From the NCBI RefSeq assembly GCF_963921235.1, contig NC_086097.1, positions 114,206,001 to 114,270,000 of the forward strand: a DNA stretch of 64,000 bases, read 5' to 3'. The stretch comes from Mobula hypostoma. Lineage: Eukaryota. How positions within the stretch are numbered: the stretch's first letter is position 1; each line of letters starts with the position of its first letter. Positions 1-14,059 of the stretch are shown piece by piece. A model generated the notes under the pieces. It was not told the DNA's origin. It was given only the letters and a program-made list of their open reading frames with translations, and made no database searches. The position numbers were made by a program, and so were the translations under genes.

Positions 1-723
1 TTTTTCATATGTAAAGTGGTTGGCCTGGGTTTTTCTTTTTTCAGTGGGAGGTTGGAGTGGATATTAATTTTACATAATTCTCTTTTGGGTGCTTTTTTTT
101 ACTGTTATGAATGATATATATTGGATTTGTTTGTTTTGCACTGTATAAATCTCTGTTTTGTTGTTGGGTTCCTCTTTGTAGTTTCACTGTAGAAATGCAT
201 AAAAAATTAATTTAAAAAATAAAGTTGTAGAATGAAATTAATAAACTCAATGGGATAAACATTACATTTACTACAGGAATATTGAAGAAGCCCTGAGAAT
301 TATTGACAAATTGTTTTCCATGGAAATAAAAATAAGGTAGCTGTTACCATGAACAATTAACTCACGAGTAACAAATAGATAGATGACTCCACTCTTCTTA
401 AGCAAAAATAATTCATTTTCCTAACGTTTCTATCATTGTCAAATAAAATAATGCCTACCAGTTATTCAAAATATGTAGCTCAGGAAAACATCAGTTCCAT
501 TGTATTTTGTTAACTTATAGCTGCTTTTACAGATAATTCTGTACTATTCTGTACTAGTTGTTGATCATCAATGCATATAATGTGGCACGGAATCTTTTCC
601 AAGGTAAATCAGCACAATTAGCTTTAGGACATATCTCCAGAAGAATGTTGCTCAAAATTATTTTAATTTTATGCAATAAATAAATGAATAAAATCAAGTA
701 AGAATTTCTATGAAATAATGTTA

Positions 724-837
<114 letters not shown>

Positions 838-2415
838 TCATTTAGAAAAAAGAAATTTGATGTCCAAAATAATCTCATTACTTTCTGAGACATTTCAGTA
901 AGTACTGACACCTGAGAGAAAAGGCAACTCTGCCTAAACATTCTACTGCACCACTTTGGGACTGGAGAAATAAAAAAGGCTGCGGTTAAGAGGTTCAGCC
1001 CTCAGGATCATGATTAGTGGGTTGCTGTGATAGGATCGTTCAAATGATCAAGGGTAGCTCCTAACTTACATGCATTCTGATCTGAGCTGCTTTACTAATA
1101 CATGACATGTGAATAATGATAGTCACTTCTAAGACAACTTGGTCTTAGATCAATCCCATCCTCCACACCACCCAACATTATCCTGAGAAAAGAAAAAAAA
1201 GGTTAAGTAATTGAATCTCCAGCAGGCATATTTCAATGCTGATCATTCTGAAGTCCACTGATCTTACAGAAATTTCTATCTTTAAATATTTGTTTTCCAG
1301 TAATATAAATGGGTTTAATTTTTTTCCAAGGATGAGGGAGAAGTACTTAAGAAATTGGAAAGAAATGGAGCTTCGGTTAAAGTAAGTCAGACTGATATTA
1401 CAACTCAGATTGTAGCTTAATCAGATAATAGTTCAGTAGGTGTGGTGACAACAAAGCAACTTTATTTCAGATTGTTGATGAAGAATGTATTCGACTGCCT
1501 TACTATCTGAAGTCAAGTTTGGTGAAATCAACTTTTATTTAAACAAAGCATCATCTATTGCATATCTATAGCCACAAGAAATAGCTCACAAGAAACATAG
1601 AAGCCAACTTTAAAAGCTTCTGCATGTATATAAAAATGTGCCTTTGATAGCCTACATTCAGTGCAGTAAAAATCTGGTAATATGTTACCTCACTTTTTGG
1701 GAATCCCAATGGTTTATCTTCTTGATCACTCCCGCTCACCCTCAGACTCACTGGGGCTCCATTTTCTGTTCCCACTCTGATGCATCTGGCTCCAGTTTCC
1801 ATACTCGCTCTAACCCAATTGCGGCTTTGCTAGCTACAGTCCGTCTGACATGTCCTAGTTTGGGTGTCATGCCTCAAAGCTTACATAGTGCTGTTTCCCA
1901 CTCTCCAATGAAACCTACTGTATTCTGTTTCCTGTGCTACCTTGAAATTTACAAGTTTCTCTGGAAAATGTGGTATTCCACTTTATGGAGAGCTTTCCAG
2001 ATTTCAACTGCCTTGTGGTTGGAAAAAAAAATTCTTTCTCCAATCTCTTCTAAATATCCTACCCCTTACTCTAAACCTGTGTACTCTGCTTATAGATACT
2101 TTTGCTTAGATGAAAGAGTATTCACTTGCTATCATATCTATGACTTGCACTTTTGATCATGAGAAAATTTTTCAAGCTTGAATTTATGTTGTGTTTTTAA
2201 AATGCCCCATGCATTTTATAGACCTTCTCTTTTATATTAAGTGTACATTTTTATCATTTTACTCATCCAAAAAGAAATACAGTGAATGGAAAGCTCAACA
2301 AAAGATCTAGAAAATGCAAAGGTACTTCATAATAAAAATACTCCAGTATGAATGAATATTCACAATAATGATTTACTGAGTTATATTGCCAACTTGTAAA
2401 ACTGATAAAAATTAC

Positions 2416-2525
2416 CTGGGAAGCACATAGCACCAATTACTTGCAATAAAATGTTTTGGAATTATAACAATCCTTTTGCTGTGGAAATTCTTCAGTACTC
2501 CTGTTGATATGTCAAAATCTTCAAC
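2416..2525 (-). CDS. C18orf63: C18orf63 coding exon 7, VEDFDISTGVLKNFHSKRIVIIPKHFIASNWCYVLP(S)
   Basis: ccatag acceptor, GTAATT donor, 110 nt, phase 0 to 2. Contains the SNWCYVLPS motif. Confidence 0.93.
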
Positions 2526-3334
2526 CTATGGATTAGGCAAGATTTGTTTATTGTAATCAATTAAATATGTAAAGTTAATCATTGTGGCCCTGTCCACTGG
2601 AAATCAGGACCGAGTGTAGTCTTCCAGTAAATTAGGCAGTATGGAATAATGGAACAGATGTAAAGATACATGACTGACAAGCATTATTTCTAGGAAGCAG
2701 AAGGATACAAAACCAAGTTATTACTGTTTCATAACAAACCAAGTATCAACAATGTATGAAAAGGAAACAAAAATTCTAAAATGATTACAGAAATTTATAT
2801 TGGAAAATACTGATATAAAAATATGTCAAGTTATAATAAGTTAAGATTTATAAATTATACACAATAGGGCAATACAAACATATCTTTCATTAATGACTTG
2901 GTTGTGAATTGTTGGCAAAGTCCGCTTTGTGGGTTCGGTCAGCTTTGATTTCATTAGTCAAGAGGGGAAATGCAGGTCACAGGCAGGTGATGTGATCTTA
3001 CTGTGTGCCTCCCGAGTTACCACTGAGCCGAGGAGGTGGAGGTCTAGGTAAGCCATCAGGGATGGTTGGAACATGTAGTACAATCATGTTCTTTGAATGG
3101 AGTTATTGTCTTTAATTGAAAAGGAAATTTCAGATATTGTGTATTGTTTTACTTTGTGCTTTAGTTCATTTTGCCTACTTGCAGGTATTTAAGTAAATTG
3201 ATTTATTAGATTTTTTATTAATAATAATTATTTAAATCTACATTGTTTTTGAATTATTCTGATTATCAGACATATTCATTTTTTTTCAGAAGCCTTGGAC
3301 TGTAACAAGTTGTCCTCAGTCTGAGACCAATATA

Positions 3335-3905
3335 CCTCTGTGGTCACTTTATTAGGTACACCTGTATACTTGCTTATTAATGCAAATATCTAATCAGCCA
3401 GCCAAACATGCGGCAGCAACTTAATGCATAAAAGTATACAGATATGGTCAAGAGGTTCAGGTGATGATCAGACCAAACACCAGAATGGGGAAGAAATGTG
3501 ACCTAAGCGACTTTGACTGTGGAATGATTGTTGGTTCCAGACGGGATTATTTGAGTATCTCAGAAATTGCTTATCTCCTGGGATTTTCACACACAACAAT
3601 TTCTAGAGTTCACAGAGAATGGTGAGAAAAACAAAAACATGCAGTGAAGAGCAGTTCTGTGGGGAAAAAATGCCTTGTTAATGAGAGAGGTCAGAGGAGA
3701 ATAACTTGACGGGTTCAAACTGACAGTAAAGTGACAGTAACTCAAATAACCTCGCATTACAATAGTGGTGGGTAGAAGAGCACCTCTGAATGCGTAACAT
3801 GTCAATCCTTGAAGAGGATGGGCTGCGCAGCAGAAATTCGCAATCATACACTCAATGACTACTTTATCAGGTACAGGAGGTACTTAATAAATTGGCCACT
3901 CCATG
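3335..3905 (+). mobile_element. Non-autonomous Tc1-like deletion derivative
   Basis: TA-flanked TIRs resembling CACTCAGTGGCCACTTTATTAGGTAC; degenerate transposase N-terminus (MGKKCDLSDFD.GMIVG). Confidence 0.8.
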
Positions 3906-3922
3906 TATAAAAAGAGCAAGAT

Positions 3923-6900
3923 CCTCAGAGATGCCTTCTAGTGTTTACCTCCTGGTAGGGTCATCCATGGCAGAAAGGTCAAGGTGGAGGCTACAGACAA
4001 AAAGCGACCCAACTATGACCTCAATTTTGGAGCTGGCTGAAGATGATGCCACATCACAACATCAGTGAAGGCAGAGGAAGTCAGCAACAGTGAAGTGTCC
4101 CCAGTCATCTTGCACTCCATGCCACCAGGTCCTAACCCCAATCTGTCAATGATCATATGGTGGCTGCCCATGCATCAGCACCCCCACATTAATAAAGTCA
4201 CACACAGGAGTTCTCCATTAAGGGAATGCACCCTAATATCCCGGATTGAATCCCATGGTGATCAGCAAGTGGCAAAGGGAGAAGAACTGTGAAGTCTGGA
4301 AGCCCTTAGTCATGAACTGGGGCATTGGCCGGTAGGTGTTTGATTCAGTTGGCGGGCTTTTGGTCTGAGGGAGAAAGAGCCCTTCGGCAGCTGCACCCAA
4401 GGCTGAGCAGCCCTATTTAAGATCCACTCTGCTTACCCCACTGGGGGAAGGGGCTGGAAAAGGTATCCTAAAAATAATCTGCTTTGAAACTTTCTGACTG
4501 GATTACTGCATCCAAAATGATCAAAAAGGATTGAAGACAAAGAAATATGACCTTTGGAGCTTGGAATGTGCACACTCTGATAGATAGTGCAACCGGTCAT
4601 CAACCAGAGAGAAAAACTGGCAACCATTTGAGAGAACTGAGGAGATGCCAGATTGATCAAACTTGTCCTTCTGAAACCCATCTGGCAGACAAAGGGAACT
4701 GAAGAAGGAGAAGGGTGGTTGCACCTTCTTCTGGAAAAGGAAGGCAGCTGACAAGCCCAGGATCCATAGTGCTCTCTGAATTTCCAATGGGGATCAGTGA
4801 ACATCTCATGACTATCCATTTGTTGCTTGCCAAAACTAGATGGCAACGATCGTGAGTGCTTATGCATCTACTCAGGATTCATATGACAATGAAAAAGAGG
4901 CCTTCTACACTTGCCTAGATGAGACACTGTCAAGCATTCCAAGGAGGATAAGATAATTCTCATAGGGGACTTCAATGCCAGAGTCGGTCAGGACTTCAAA
5001 TTTTGGAAGGGTACCATAGAAAAGGAAGGCATGAGCAACAGCAACTGAGGTGGAGAACTACTTCTCACCATATGTGCTAAGCACAATTTTAGCTTCATAA
5101 ACACTCTCTTTGCCAGAAAAACAAATTCAAGGGGTCTTGGTAGGACCCCCAATCTAAACAGTGGCATCACATTAGATTCCATTAGACTCATGAAAAAGAT
5201 GAGGGGTCATAAGAAGCAGACCAGGCCGAGATTAAAACTTGAGAGCCTGCTTGACAGTGCCATCCAACAGCACCTTCAGGCCTCGTATGAGGAAAACCTC
5301 CACTGGGGATACCCGGATGATAGTAAAGAACACCAGGGACTGCTTAAATCCACTATCCTGGATACCTGCAAAAACATCCTTGGTACAAGTTCATAAAACA
5401 TCAGGATTGGTCTGATCCAGCAGAGGGTGAAAGAGCTAAATAATATTTGGTGGACTGAGAAAGCCCTAGAAATCAAGATACTGACATACTCTGGTGAGAT
5501 GAGAGGCTTCATCAGTGCCACTAAAGCAGTCTACAGTCCAAGTTGCTGCAGATTAATTCCCGTAGATTCAACAGACGGGAAGAATTTACAAAAGGATCAT
5601 AAGGATATTAACAACCAATGGAGAGAGCACTTTTAAGAACCTTTTACGGTGATAGCACTGCTGAACTAAATGTTACTAACAAAATCTTCCAGAGACCTAT
5701 GAGAAAAGACATGGGCGAAACCTCCCAGTATGAAAGAGGTCCATGAAGCCATCAGGAGCCTGAAAAGCAACAAAGCCACTGGTCCTGGCGAGATCCCAGT
5801 AGAGATCCTTAAGGAAAGTGGACCAGCACTCCTGCACCACATACACACCCTGCTCATGAAGATCTGGGAATAGAACCAACTATCCTTAGAGCTCAGAGAT
5901 GCTTTACTGACCATATTTGAGAAGGGACACAAGGAAGATTGTGACAATTACAGGGGCATCTCTCTCCTATCAACAACAGGCAGAGTCCTTGCACATCTTC
6001 TTGTCAACTGGCTACTTCCACGATCTGAAGAAATACTCCCTGAATCATGGTGTGGTTTCCACCCATCTAGAGGTACCACAGACATGATCTTCACAGAATG
6101 CCAATTTCAGGAAAAATGCCTTGTACTTGACTTGCATAGATTTGACAAATGCATTTGACACAGTAGACTGCCAAGCTCTCTGGCATATACATCATGACCT
6201 GGCTGCCCTGACAAGTACTTAGAAATACTTCGATGACTGCATGAAAGTATGTCTCAATCATGTATAGAATGGACAACAGGCTTTTCAATCTTAACTGGCT
6301 CACGGGCAAGAACAAGGTCAGCACCACCACTATCAATATGGGGATGACAACATCATTGCAACATGCTCTGAAGAAGACCTCCAATGTATTCTGAATGACT
6401 TTGCTATGGCATATACAGCAATGGATCTTGTTTTGAATTTAAAAGGTAAACAGGTCCTATATCAGCCATTGTCCAACCAGCCAGTTATCTAGACCTCCAT
6501 AAAAGTTGACGATATCGCCCCTGAAAATGTAAACCACTTTCTTTACCTTGGCAGCATTCTCATCTCGAAGGTGGACACTGATTTAGAGATCAACTACTGC
6601 CTGACTAGTGTTAGTGGAGCCCAAGCAAGATTAAGGAAGAATCCTTGAAGATCACAACCTACAGATCCAGACAAGACTTTTGTTCTACAGAGCAGTCGTC
6701 CTTCCTACATTACTGCATGAAGACGAATCATGGAGCACCTACAGTAGGCACCTGAAAACTCTGGAACAATACCACCAAAGAGCTTTACGAAAGACTTTAG
6801 GGATTAGCTAGAAAAAGAGACACACTAACGCCAGTCTACTAGCATCTCCACCACAATAAAGTAATACCAACTCCAATGGATAGGTCATGTCATCATGTCA

Positions 6901-7330
6901 TTCAGATGCCAAACTCACATCTCCCCAAACAGATCTTCTACTCCCAATTGAAGGAAAATCAGCGAGACCCTCGTGGGTAAAGGTAACAGTTCAAATATAG
7001 CAACAAAATTAGCCTGAAGAAATTCAACATTACATTTAAAAACTGAGAAGACATTGCACTCAATATATACACCTGAAGGAAATGGGTTCAAGAGGGACCT
7101 GCATTACATGAGAGTGACCTCTGCTGTATCGCAGAGAAAAAGCAGTAGCTGTGAAAGGAGAGACTGAACAACTAAACGATCTAACCACCAACCAGAGCCA
7201 CCACTTACTCATGCCCACATTGCACCAGAATATGTGGATCCCAGATCAACCTGTACAGCCACGTGAAGACACATCAAAAGACAACCCCTTGGGAGAACAT
7301 CTAATTCAACTTGACTGATCACACGACAGT
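3923..7330 (+). mobile_element. RTE-clade LINE, near full length, degenerate
   Basis: Endonuclease motifs (TFGAWNVHTL, GDFNARVG), RT remnants, C-terminal CPHCTRICGS..NLYSHVKTH finger. 11 bp TSD AAGAGCAAGAT at 3912-3922 and 7331-7341. Confidence 0.85.
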
Positions 7331-7560
7331 AAGAGCAAGATGATAAGTAAGTGAAGAATAAGGCTTTTTAAAAGATCAAAAAGGCAACTTAAATGTGAAA
7401 GTTTAAGTTCTGAGCATCACTGTTGATGATAACCAGATGACTGTAATTAAGGAGTGTTAAATATTGCATGGGGTAAATATTAACAACACAAGGACAGGCA
7501 CGGGATTTTAGAATTTTTGAATGTCTATTCCTAAATGTACGTCGTCAAGTCTGGATGAAA

Positions 7561-7830
7561 TTTATTTGTTTGTTTATTTAGTGATACAGAGATACTTCTA
7601 GCCCAGTGAGCTGCCCAGAAACCAGAACTGCCCAGCAACTCCACCTACTTAACCTAATCACAGGATAATTTGCAATAAACATTTAACCTACTAACCAGAG
7701 CATCTTTGGAATGTGGGTGGAAACCAGTGCACTGGAGGAAACCTACGTGTTCATGGGGAGGATGTAGAAACTCCTTACAGTGTTGGAATTGAACTTCAAA
7801 CACCACCGCCCTAAATATATCCCTGGTTAA
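7561..7830 (-). mobile_element. tRNA-derived (HE1-like) SINE remnant
   Basis: Reverse complement resembles the SINE at 42425-42652; (TAAA)n-type tail. Confidence 0.6.
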
Positions 7831-7895
7831 TAATGGAAACAATAATTGAATCAGTGGAAACTATACTTAGTTTTCCATCTTCGCTGACTATATAT

Positions 7896-8754
7896 TGTTA
7901 CGAGAATACACATAAAATTAAGATGTTTGCTGGCCTGGGCTAGCATCAGTGGCATCAGCAGTTGGTCTGCCACCTGCCCTCAGGGGAAGGAGAGATAAGG
8001 AACAATGGAGCAGCGTCTGGAGATGTGTAATGAAGGGATGTGGGAGAGAGAGCTGTCTGGAGCGGCTCCCCCCTTTGAACCCTGAACTGTTTGAAGTGAT
8101 GGACAGGCGATACCCCAGCAGGGGGATAAAAAGGGACAGGTTCGCTAAGACAGACACACGCCACCCGAGGTAACGAGACCCTGGAAGTGGTGCGCCTCTC
8201 ACGAGTGGGTGAGAAGTGCCAGACAACGACAAGGGTGGAAAGGTACGATCAGCGGGAACCCGGTGTGTGTCCGCCCTTGTCTGGGTGCTGGGTTCACTGC
8301 AGAGGATCGACCGCATCTGGAGGAGGGGTCACAGTCGGTGACCTCAGGTGACATCACCAAGGACCCGCCCAAAAGCTGTTTGTGAGCCATCTCGCTGGTC
8401 TGTGAGTGAAGCCGTGTTCTGAATGATCAGTTGTTCCTATTCTATGTCTCTCTTCCCCCACCTTGTCCATCGCCATGGCAACGATTACTGCGAACTGAAC
8501 TACTAACTGGACTGAACTTTGAGTCATTTTGAAATTGGTCATTTACCCCTAGACAACGATAGAGCTTGATTGATGCTGTTATCTTACTTCTGTGCACATG
8601 TGTGGTTATCATCACTGAATTGTTGCATTTATTATCCTTTCGATTACTGTGTTGCTTGTTTCTTTAATAAAACTTTCTTAGTTCTAGTACTCCAGACTCT
8701 AACTGAGTGATCCATTTCTGCTGGTTTGGCAACCCAGTTACGGGGTACGTAACA
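7896..8754 (+). mobile_element. Solo LTR, 859 bp, probably Gypsy-type
   Basis: Termini TGTTACG...CGTAACA, 4 bp TSD ATAT, AATAAA near 8666, CpG-rich interior suggesting a young insertion. Confidence 0.88.
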
Positions 8755-8862
8755 ATATGTACTTCCTGAAAACTGGAGAAGGTGAAAAGTTATATTGTTT
8801 CAAGGGATACATGCGCGAAAAATACCAGGAAATTATAGCCTAATGTAAGTGGTGGACAAATT

Positions 8863-9501
8863 GGTGAAGAAAGTGAATGCAATGTTGGCATTCATTTCTA
8901 GAGGTATAGAATATAAGAGTAGGGACGTGATAAGGCACTCATGAGACCACACTTGGAGTACTATGTGCAGTTTTGGGCTCCTTATTTTAGAAGGGATACG
9001 CTGACATTGGAGAGGGTTCAGAGAAGATTCACAAGAATGATTGCAGGAATGAAAGGGTTACTGTTTGAGGAACATCTGGAAGCTCTTGGTTTGTATTCTC
9101 TGGAGTTCAGGAGAATGAGGGGGGATCTCAAAGAAACATTCCAAATGTTGAAAGGCCTGAACAGATTAGATACGGCAGTTATTTCCCATGGTAGGGGAGT
9201 CTAGGACAAGAGGTCACGACTTCAGGATTTAAGGACGTCCATTTAGGACAGAGATGCGGAGAAATTACTTTAGTCAGAGGGTGGTAAATCTGTGGAATAT
9301 GTTGCCTTGAGTGGCTGTGGAGGCCAAGTCACTGGGTGCATTTAAGGCAGAGATAGATAGGTTCTTGTTTAGCCAGGGCATTAAAGTGTATGGGGAGAAG
9401 ACAGGGGAGTGGGAATGACTGGATAAATTGGATCAGCCCATGATTGGTGGAGCAGACTCAATGGGCCGAATGGCCTACATCTGCTCTTATATCTTATGGT
9501 C
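8863..9501 (+). mobile_element. CR1 LINE 3' fragment inserted in an older CR1 remnant
   Basis: RPHLEYYVQFW...RRMRGDL peptide and a CR1-type 3' UTR and tail. Confidence 0.85.
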
Positions 9502-10332
9502 TAAGTTATCAGAGAAAGTTCTGAGGGTCAGTATGAATCATCATTTATATTCCATATATGGTAAACATAGAATAACAATTCTAATCATTCCATGGCTCTT
9601 TGTGAAGTTAATTTCAGTTTTTAAAGAGTCTAAATCTATATTAAAAACTGTTTATCAATAAAAGAGGTCATTGAGGTAATAAATTGAATGACTCCCCAAG
9701 TAGTTCATTAATAATCTTCAATGGAAGATATCCTCCTTGCTTACTTTGTGTTGATAAATATAATTCCAATCACGTACCAATCTTTAATAATCAGTCAACC
9801 CATTCATTTGTAGCACGTTATTACAAAAAAGGTTAGGAATAAAGCAGATACAAAATCCTGAAGCTACCTAGGTGTAAAGTTTGAATAAGGTGAGTCTATG
9901 GTGCCAGCCCATTACTTAAAAGTTTCCTTGCCAGTCACAAACCATTTTAGATATATTAATATTTATCATCATGGCAGGGTGAAGATCCTACAACTCCCTA
10001 TTCCAAGTACTCTCTGGGAGCACATTCACCAGATTGGACAGCTAAAGACATAAAAAGAAGGCTCATCAACACAGATGCAGAATATTCTTAAGATATGACG
10101 CTTGCAAAATGCAACATATATATATTCAAATAGATAACTTTGAACAAATGGATCCCAGAACTCTCCGTCTCCAACAATAAGCCTTCTTCAAGTCTTGGTT
10201 TCTTTCAAACCAACAAAAATTATTGATTGATTAACTAATAACTTTCCATAACAGTTCTGTAATATGTCAACTAGAACTTTCTTATAACAGGAATTCATAG
10301 CATTTAGGTTCACAATAGGTTCCTTAAGGTTG

Positions 10333-10878
10333 TCAAAGCCAGGGGAGGTAGTGAGGATAAGCTACCACTATCTATTAAATGTTCCCAAAGGCATGTGCCT
10401 CAAATAGCCTCTTTTAGCCAAGTTCAGCCCCTGGCCTTCGCATGTGGCTTAGGTACTAGGCATGGCAGAACTGTTTCCACTGACAGGAGTAGGGGAAAAA
10501 GCAGGTTACTGGCTCCTTAAAACCAGTTGCTTTGGGCAGATGCAGTCAGTTGTGGTTGGCAACACATCTAGGAGAAGGAAAACTTATCTCAAACTTCTGC
10601 TGCCTTGCGGCTATACCCACAAATGGTGAAGGTTTTGGGAGTAACCCAGAGGAAAAGTCTTGAGCTGGAGTTTCCATGGCAGTCTAACATTGAGTTCAAC
10701 GCTGACAGGCAATCCCTGTGATGCTGCTGGTGCGAAACTGTATCAGTCTCTGCCGTTCCTTTGGATTCATCAGCTGCATGGGCAATAACCTGCTCTTCGT
10801 ATCATACTGCCTGGCTTAGGTATCATGTAGACAGCTAGGATGCAACATCCATGGTTGACCTTGACCATAGGAGGGCGT
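10333..10878 (+). mobile_element. Unclassified non-coding interspersed repeat, possibly RTE-associated
   Basis: GC-shifted block whose CTAGGAGAAGGAAAACT motif resembles RTE-type 5' regions; no ORF. Confidence 0.35.
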
Positions 10879-11031
10879 CAAGCAAGATTCACAACCACAA
10901 TTTTTGAACTTGAATAAAGTAAGTTTTCCACCGTATTACATAGAAAATAGAGTAACACACAGATATTCTAAATCAAAGTTAAAGCTCCATTAACGATGTT
11001 AACACTTAAAAAGAGATGAAGGAATTAATAC

Positions 11032-11108
11032 CTTAGCCAGTGGCAATCGAACAATAGAAGCTTCCAGACTAATGCACACCTGGGTCTCCGAGACATTCAA
11101 CTCCATAA
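11032..11108 (-). CDS. C18orf63: C18orf63 coding exon 6, (V)MELNVSETQVCISLEASIVRLPLAK
   Basis: tacag acceptor, GTATTA donor, 77 nt, phase 1 to 0. Resembles [23 protein letters not shown]. Confidence 0.92.
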
Positions 11109-13879
11109 CTGTATTAGGAAGTATATTGTGTCACTGATTAGATTAATAACTGTTTGGCATCATAATTAAAGTGCTTAGACAGTTTTTAAAATATGAACAA
11201 TATTAGTGATTAAGATTTTTTAATGTTATCTCAGATTATTAATGTACTGAAATGTTATTATTGTAATCAAGGATATTTTTGGATATTCTGATATTCAGTA
11301 ATTCAATTTCAAAAATATTGCAAAAATTTATAGATGTTAAGAGCCAAAATCACAGAAAAAAATGACAAAAGGGATGTTGCATTTTAGACTTTAGGCCGGG
11401 AATTCTGTCAACTTGTTACAGAGAGTGGTTGAACATTAGCTTTTATTGTTTTGTAAGCTAATTACCAGAACCATCTCCAAAGACATGCCTATCAAGAGAA
11501 ATCAGTTCTATATTTTGAGTGTGTGATCTGGAGTTCTGACAAGTGATTTGTAGAATTGCAGATCGACTCAAAATCATTTGATGTTAGATACAATTAAACT
11601 TAGTATTGATATCCTGAAGAAAAATACAATATCTGTGATATTTTTGCTCCAAACTGCAAGATGTTCTGGGTATCTGATTGACAAATAAAGGTGAAAAAAT
11701 AAGGATACCTTATAAAATTGCACACTGTAAAAATTCACCTATCATATGAAGATCTGCTCTAGAAAAGTAGTTTATTATGGTGACAACAACAAACAATGGC
11801 ATTGCTTATCAGTTGAAAATTTATCTGTAAATAGAAAGTGGTATCACTTGAGTTTTTTTTATGTGGAATGTCATTTCAAGCAACCATGTCAGGACTATAA
11901 AGTATCTCCCATGCAGTGAGGTAACTGTGATGTAACAACTTCAGTGTAAGTAAGGAATTTGTCAATTTTATCCTGAAGGGCAACGACTGGACAGAATCCC
12001 ACACATTTATTGTTTCAATAATAATTTCCAAGTTCCTTAAAGTATAGAAGCAACAGATCTTTACATAGTGCAAGCTGACCCTTCTTCCTTATCCACCATT
12101 TTTGAACTATTTTGATTGGTGATGTTTTGTCACAACAAGCAACAACTAGTCCAATTATATTTTCTGGAGAAAACTGCAGCATCCTGCCTAATCTGCCATG
12201 GCAGTAAAAGACATTTTAAAATCCCTGTTATCTTTTATAGTTTCAGCTATGGCTATACTGGTAGTGCACTCAACTATAGTGACCTGAGTACAACATTAAT
12301 GACCAAATATCCAGATTGTATATTACCATAAAAAGAATAATTAATATCAGTGTTGGTTTTATTAGGAAGTCCAATGATGCACCATTCTCAAAATTTTGAA
12401 ATCCATCAGCTGTCAAGAGAATGCAAACCTTGTAAGTAAAAAGATGTATTCCTTATTACCGTGAATAATAATTCTTGTAAAAATAAAAAAATAGCAACTA
12501 CAGAACACTTAAATCATACCACAAATAGGGTTATAATATAAAAAATATATTAATATACTTTTAACTCTTGAAGTCTAGCAATCTATTTTCAGACTGCAAA
12601 TTCTCATAATTTAAAAGGAATATGAATGAGGATTTATTTTAGAATTATTCGTTAAGAGATAAATATTGGTCAAGACACTTGTTTTTCAATAAGATAGTGA
12701 GACTGACTTGTAATGTTCTGTTGCAATGTCTTCATTTAAAACCACTGGCTGTGCTGTCTCTTGTCACCTTGGACTTTTACTTTCAAGACATCACAGTGGA
12801 ACTCAGTTTCACAACATTTGGATCAGAGGTGACTCTGGCACAACCCCTACTGTATCATAACTGAAACTACAAAGAAGAATGGGGATTTTAAAAAAATCTT
12901 CACAGATTGGATATGTTCTACATTATTTTTTCAGAAAATGCATTGAGCTTATTTTTCACTATTCAGACAGTCAGATACTAACAATCCAGAAAGTGGTCTA
13001 CGTTGCTTAAGTAAAGCATGTAATGAATAATGAGAGGGCATTCAATAAAAGTTCTGTTCAGTGAATTCTTACTTCTTATACAGTGCTTCAGGATTTAACA
13101 ATAACTTGTTTTCACTCTTTAGATTCTGCATCAGGTAAGGCAGGTGAGCAATGATGCAGAAAGTGCAAATGTAAGTTAGGGTATTGTGGATTCTGTTCAT
13201 ATAAGGCGACAGTTGCTCCTGTTGCGAAGACTCAACAGATTCTCAATGTTTCCCCAAATGCTTCTTCTCTATTTTGAATAGTAATAGACCAGAACTCTTT
13301 TTCAAGGAGCCTTTGAAAACATCCTCGAAACATTTCATTTCTTGCTTTCATGGAGTGTGGAGTTCCAGTTGGATATGCAGGTCCTGTGACCCACCCTTTG
13401 TAGTGTCTTCCCTATGGCCCCAGCCTCAATGCAAGGACATTGAAATTGGTTCTCCAATGAACTTGTAGAAAATTGGATAATATTTTTCTGGTTCTTCAAA
13501 GCTCTTATTGTAGACTGCGTAAAGGAGAACAAGGATCAATGTTCCTCAGTACACCAACAGCTTTGTGCTGGGCTTGAAATGTTGGCTATACTAGAGGACC
13601 AGCAGCTATGATGAATTTCACTAATAATGTTTTCCTTCACTGAAGGTTGGCTCCTAAGATATGGAAAATAATCTATGTTTACCAGAACTTTGCCTTGGAT
13701 CCTAATGGTCAGTGGAGGTGTGTGGCAAATCAGATTACAGAAGATCTTGGGAACCAAAGGACCGGGTCAGAAAGTGGAGGGATTGAGAGGAAGGTCGGTG
13801 TCATGAACACGAGATCTATAAGGAAGGACTGTCAGAAGCAAGGTAATATACATTTGATAATATATATCAAATTCTAAAT

Positions 13880-14048
13880 TTGTGTATGTTTACAAAATAC
13901 AATGAAGTTGGTCAGCAAAACTATTGAACATCTTTTCTTTGTACTTTTCTTAGTTAAGTAAAGGTTCACGTGAATTAACGTATCACAGATTTTTGTTTTT
14001 ATTGCTTTTTGGAAAATATCCCAACTTTTCTGGAAATGGGGTTTTTAC
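13880..14048 (+). mobile_element. Tc1-like terminal remnant
   Basis: Ends in TCCCAACTTTTCTGGAAATGGGGTT, resembling a fish Tc1 right TIR. Confidence 0.5.
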
Positions 14049-14059
14049 ATGATGGGATG

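Noticed and set aside
1..222. T-rich stretch ending in an A-rich tract, possibly an L1 3' UTR
   Set aside because: Cut off by the window edge and supported by base composition only.
1638..2156. 172 aa plus-strand ORF
   Set aside because: Non-ATG start, overlaps degenerate repeat-like sequence, no protein motif.
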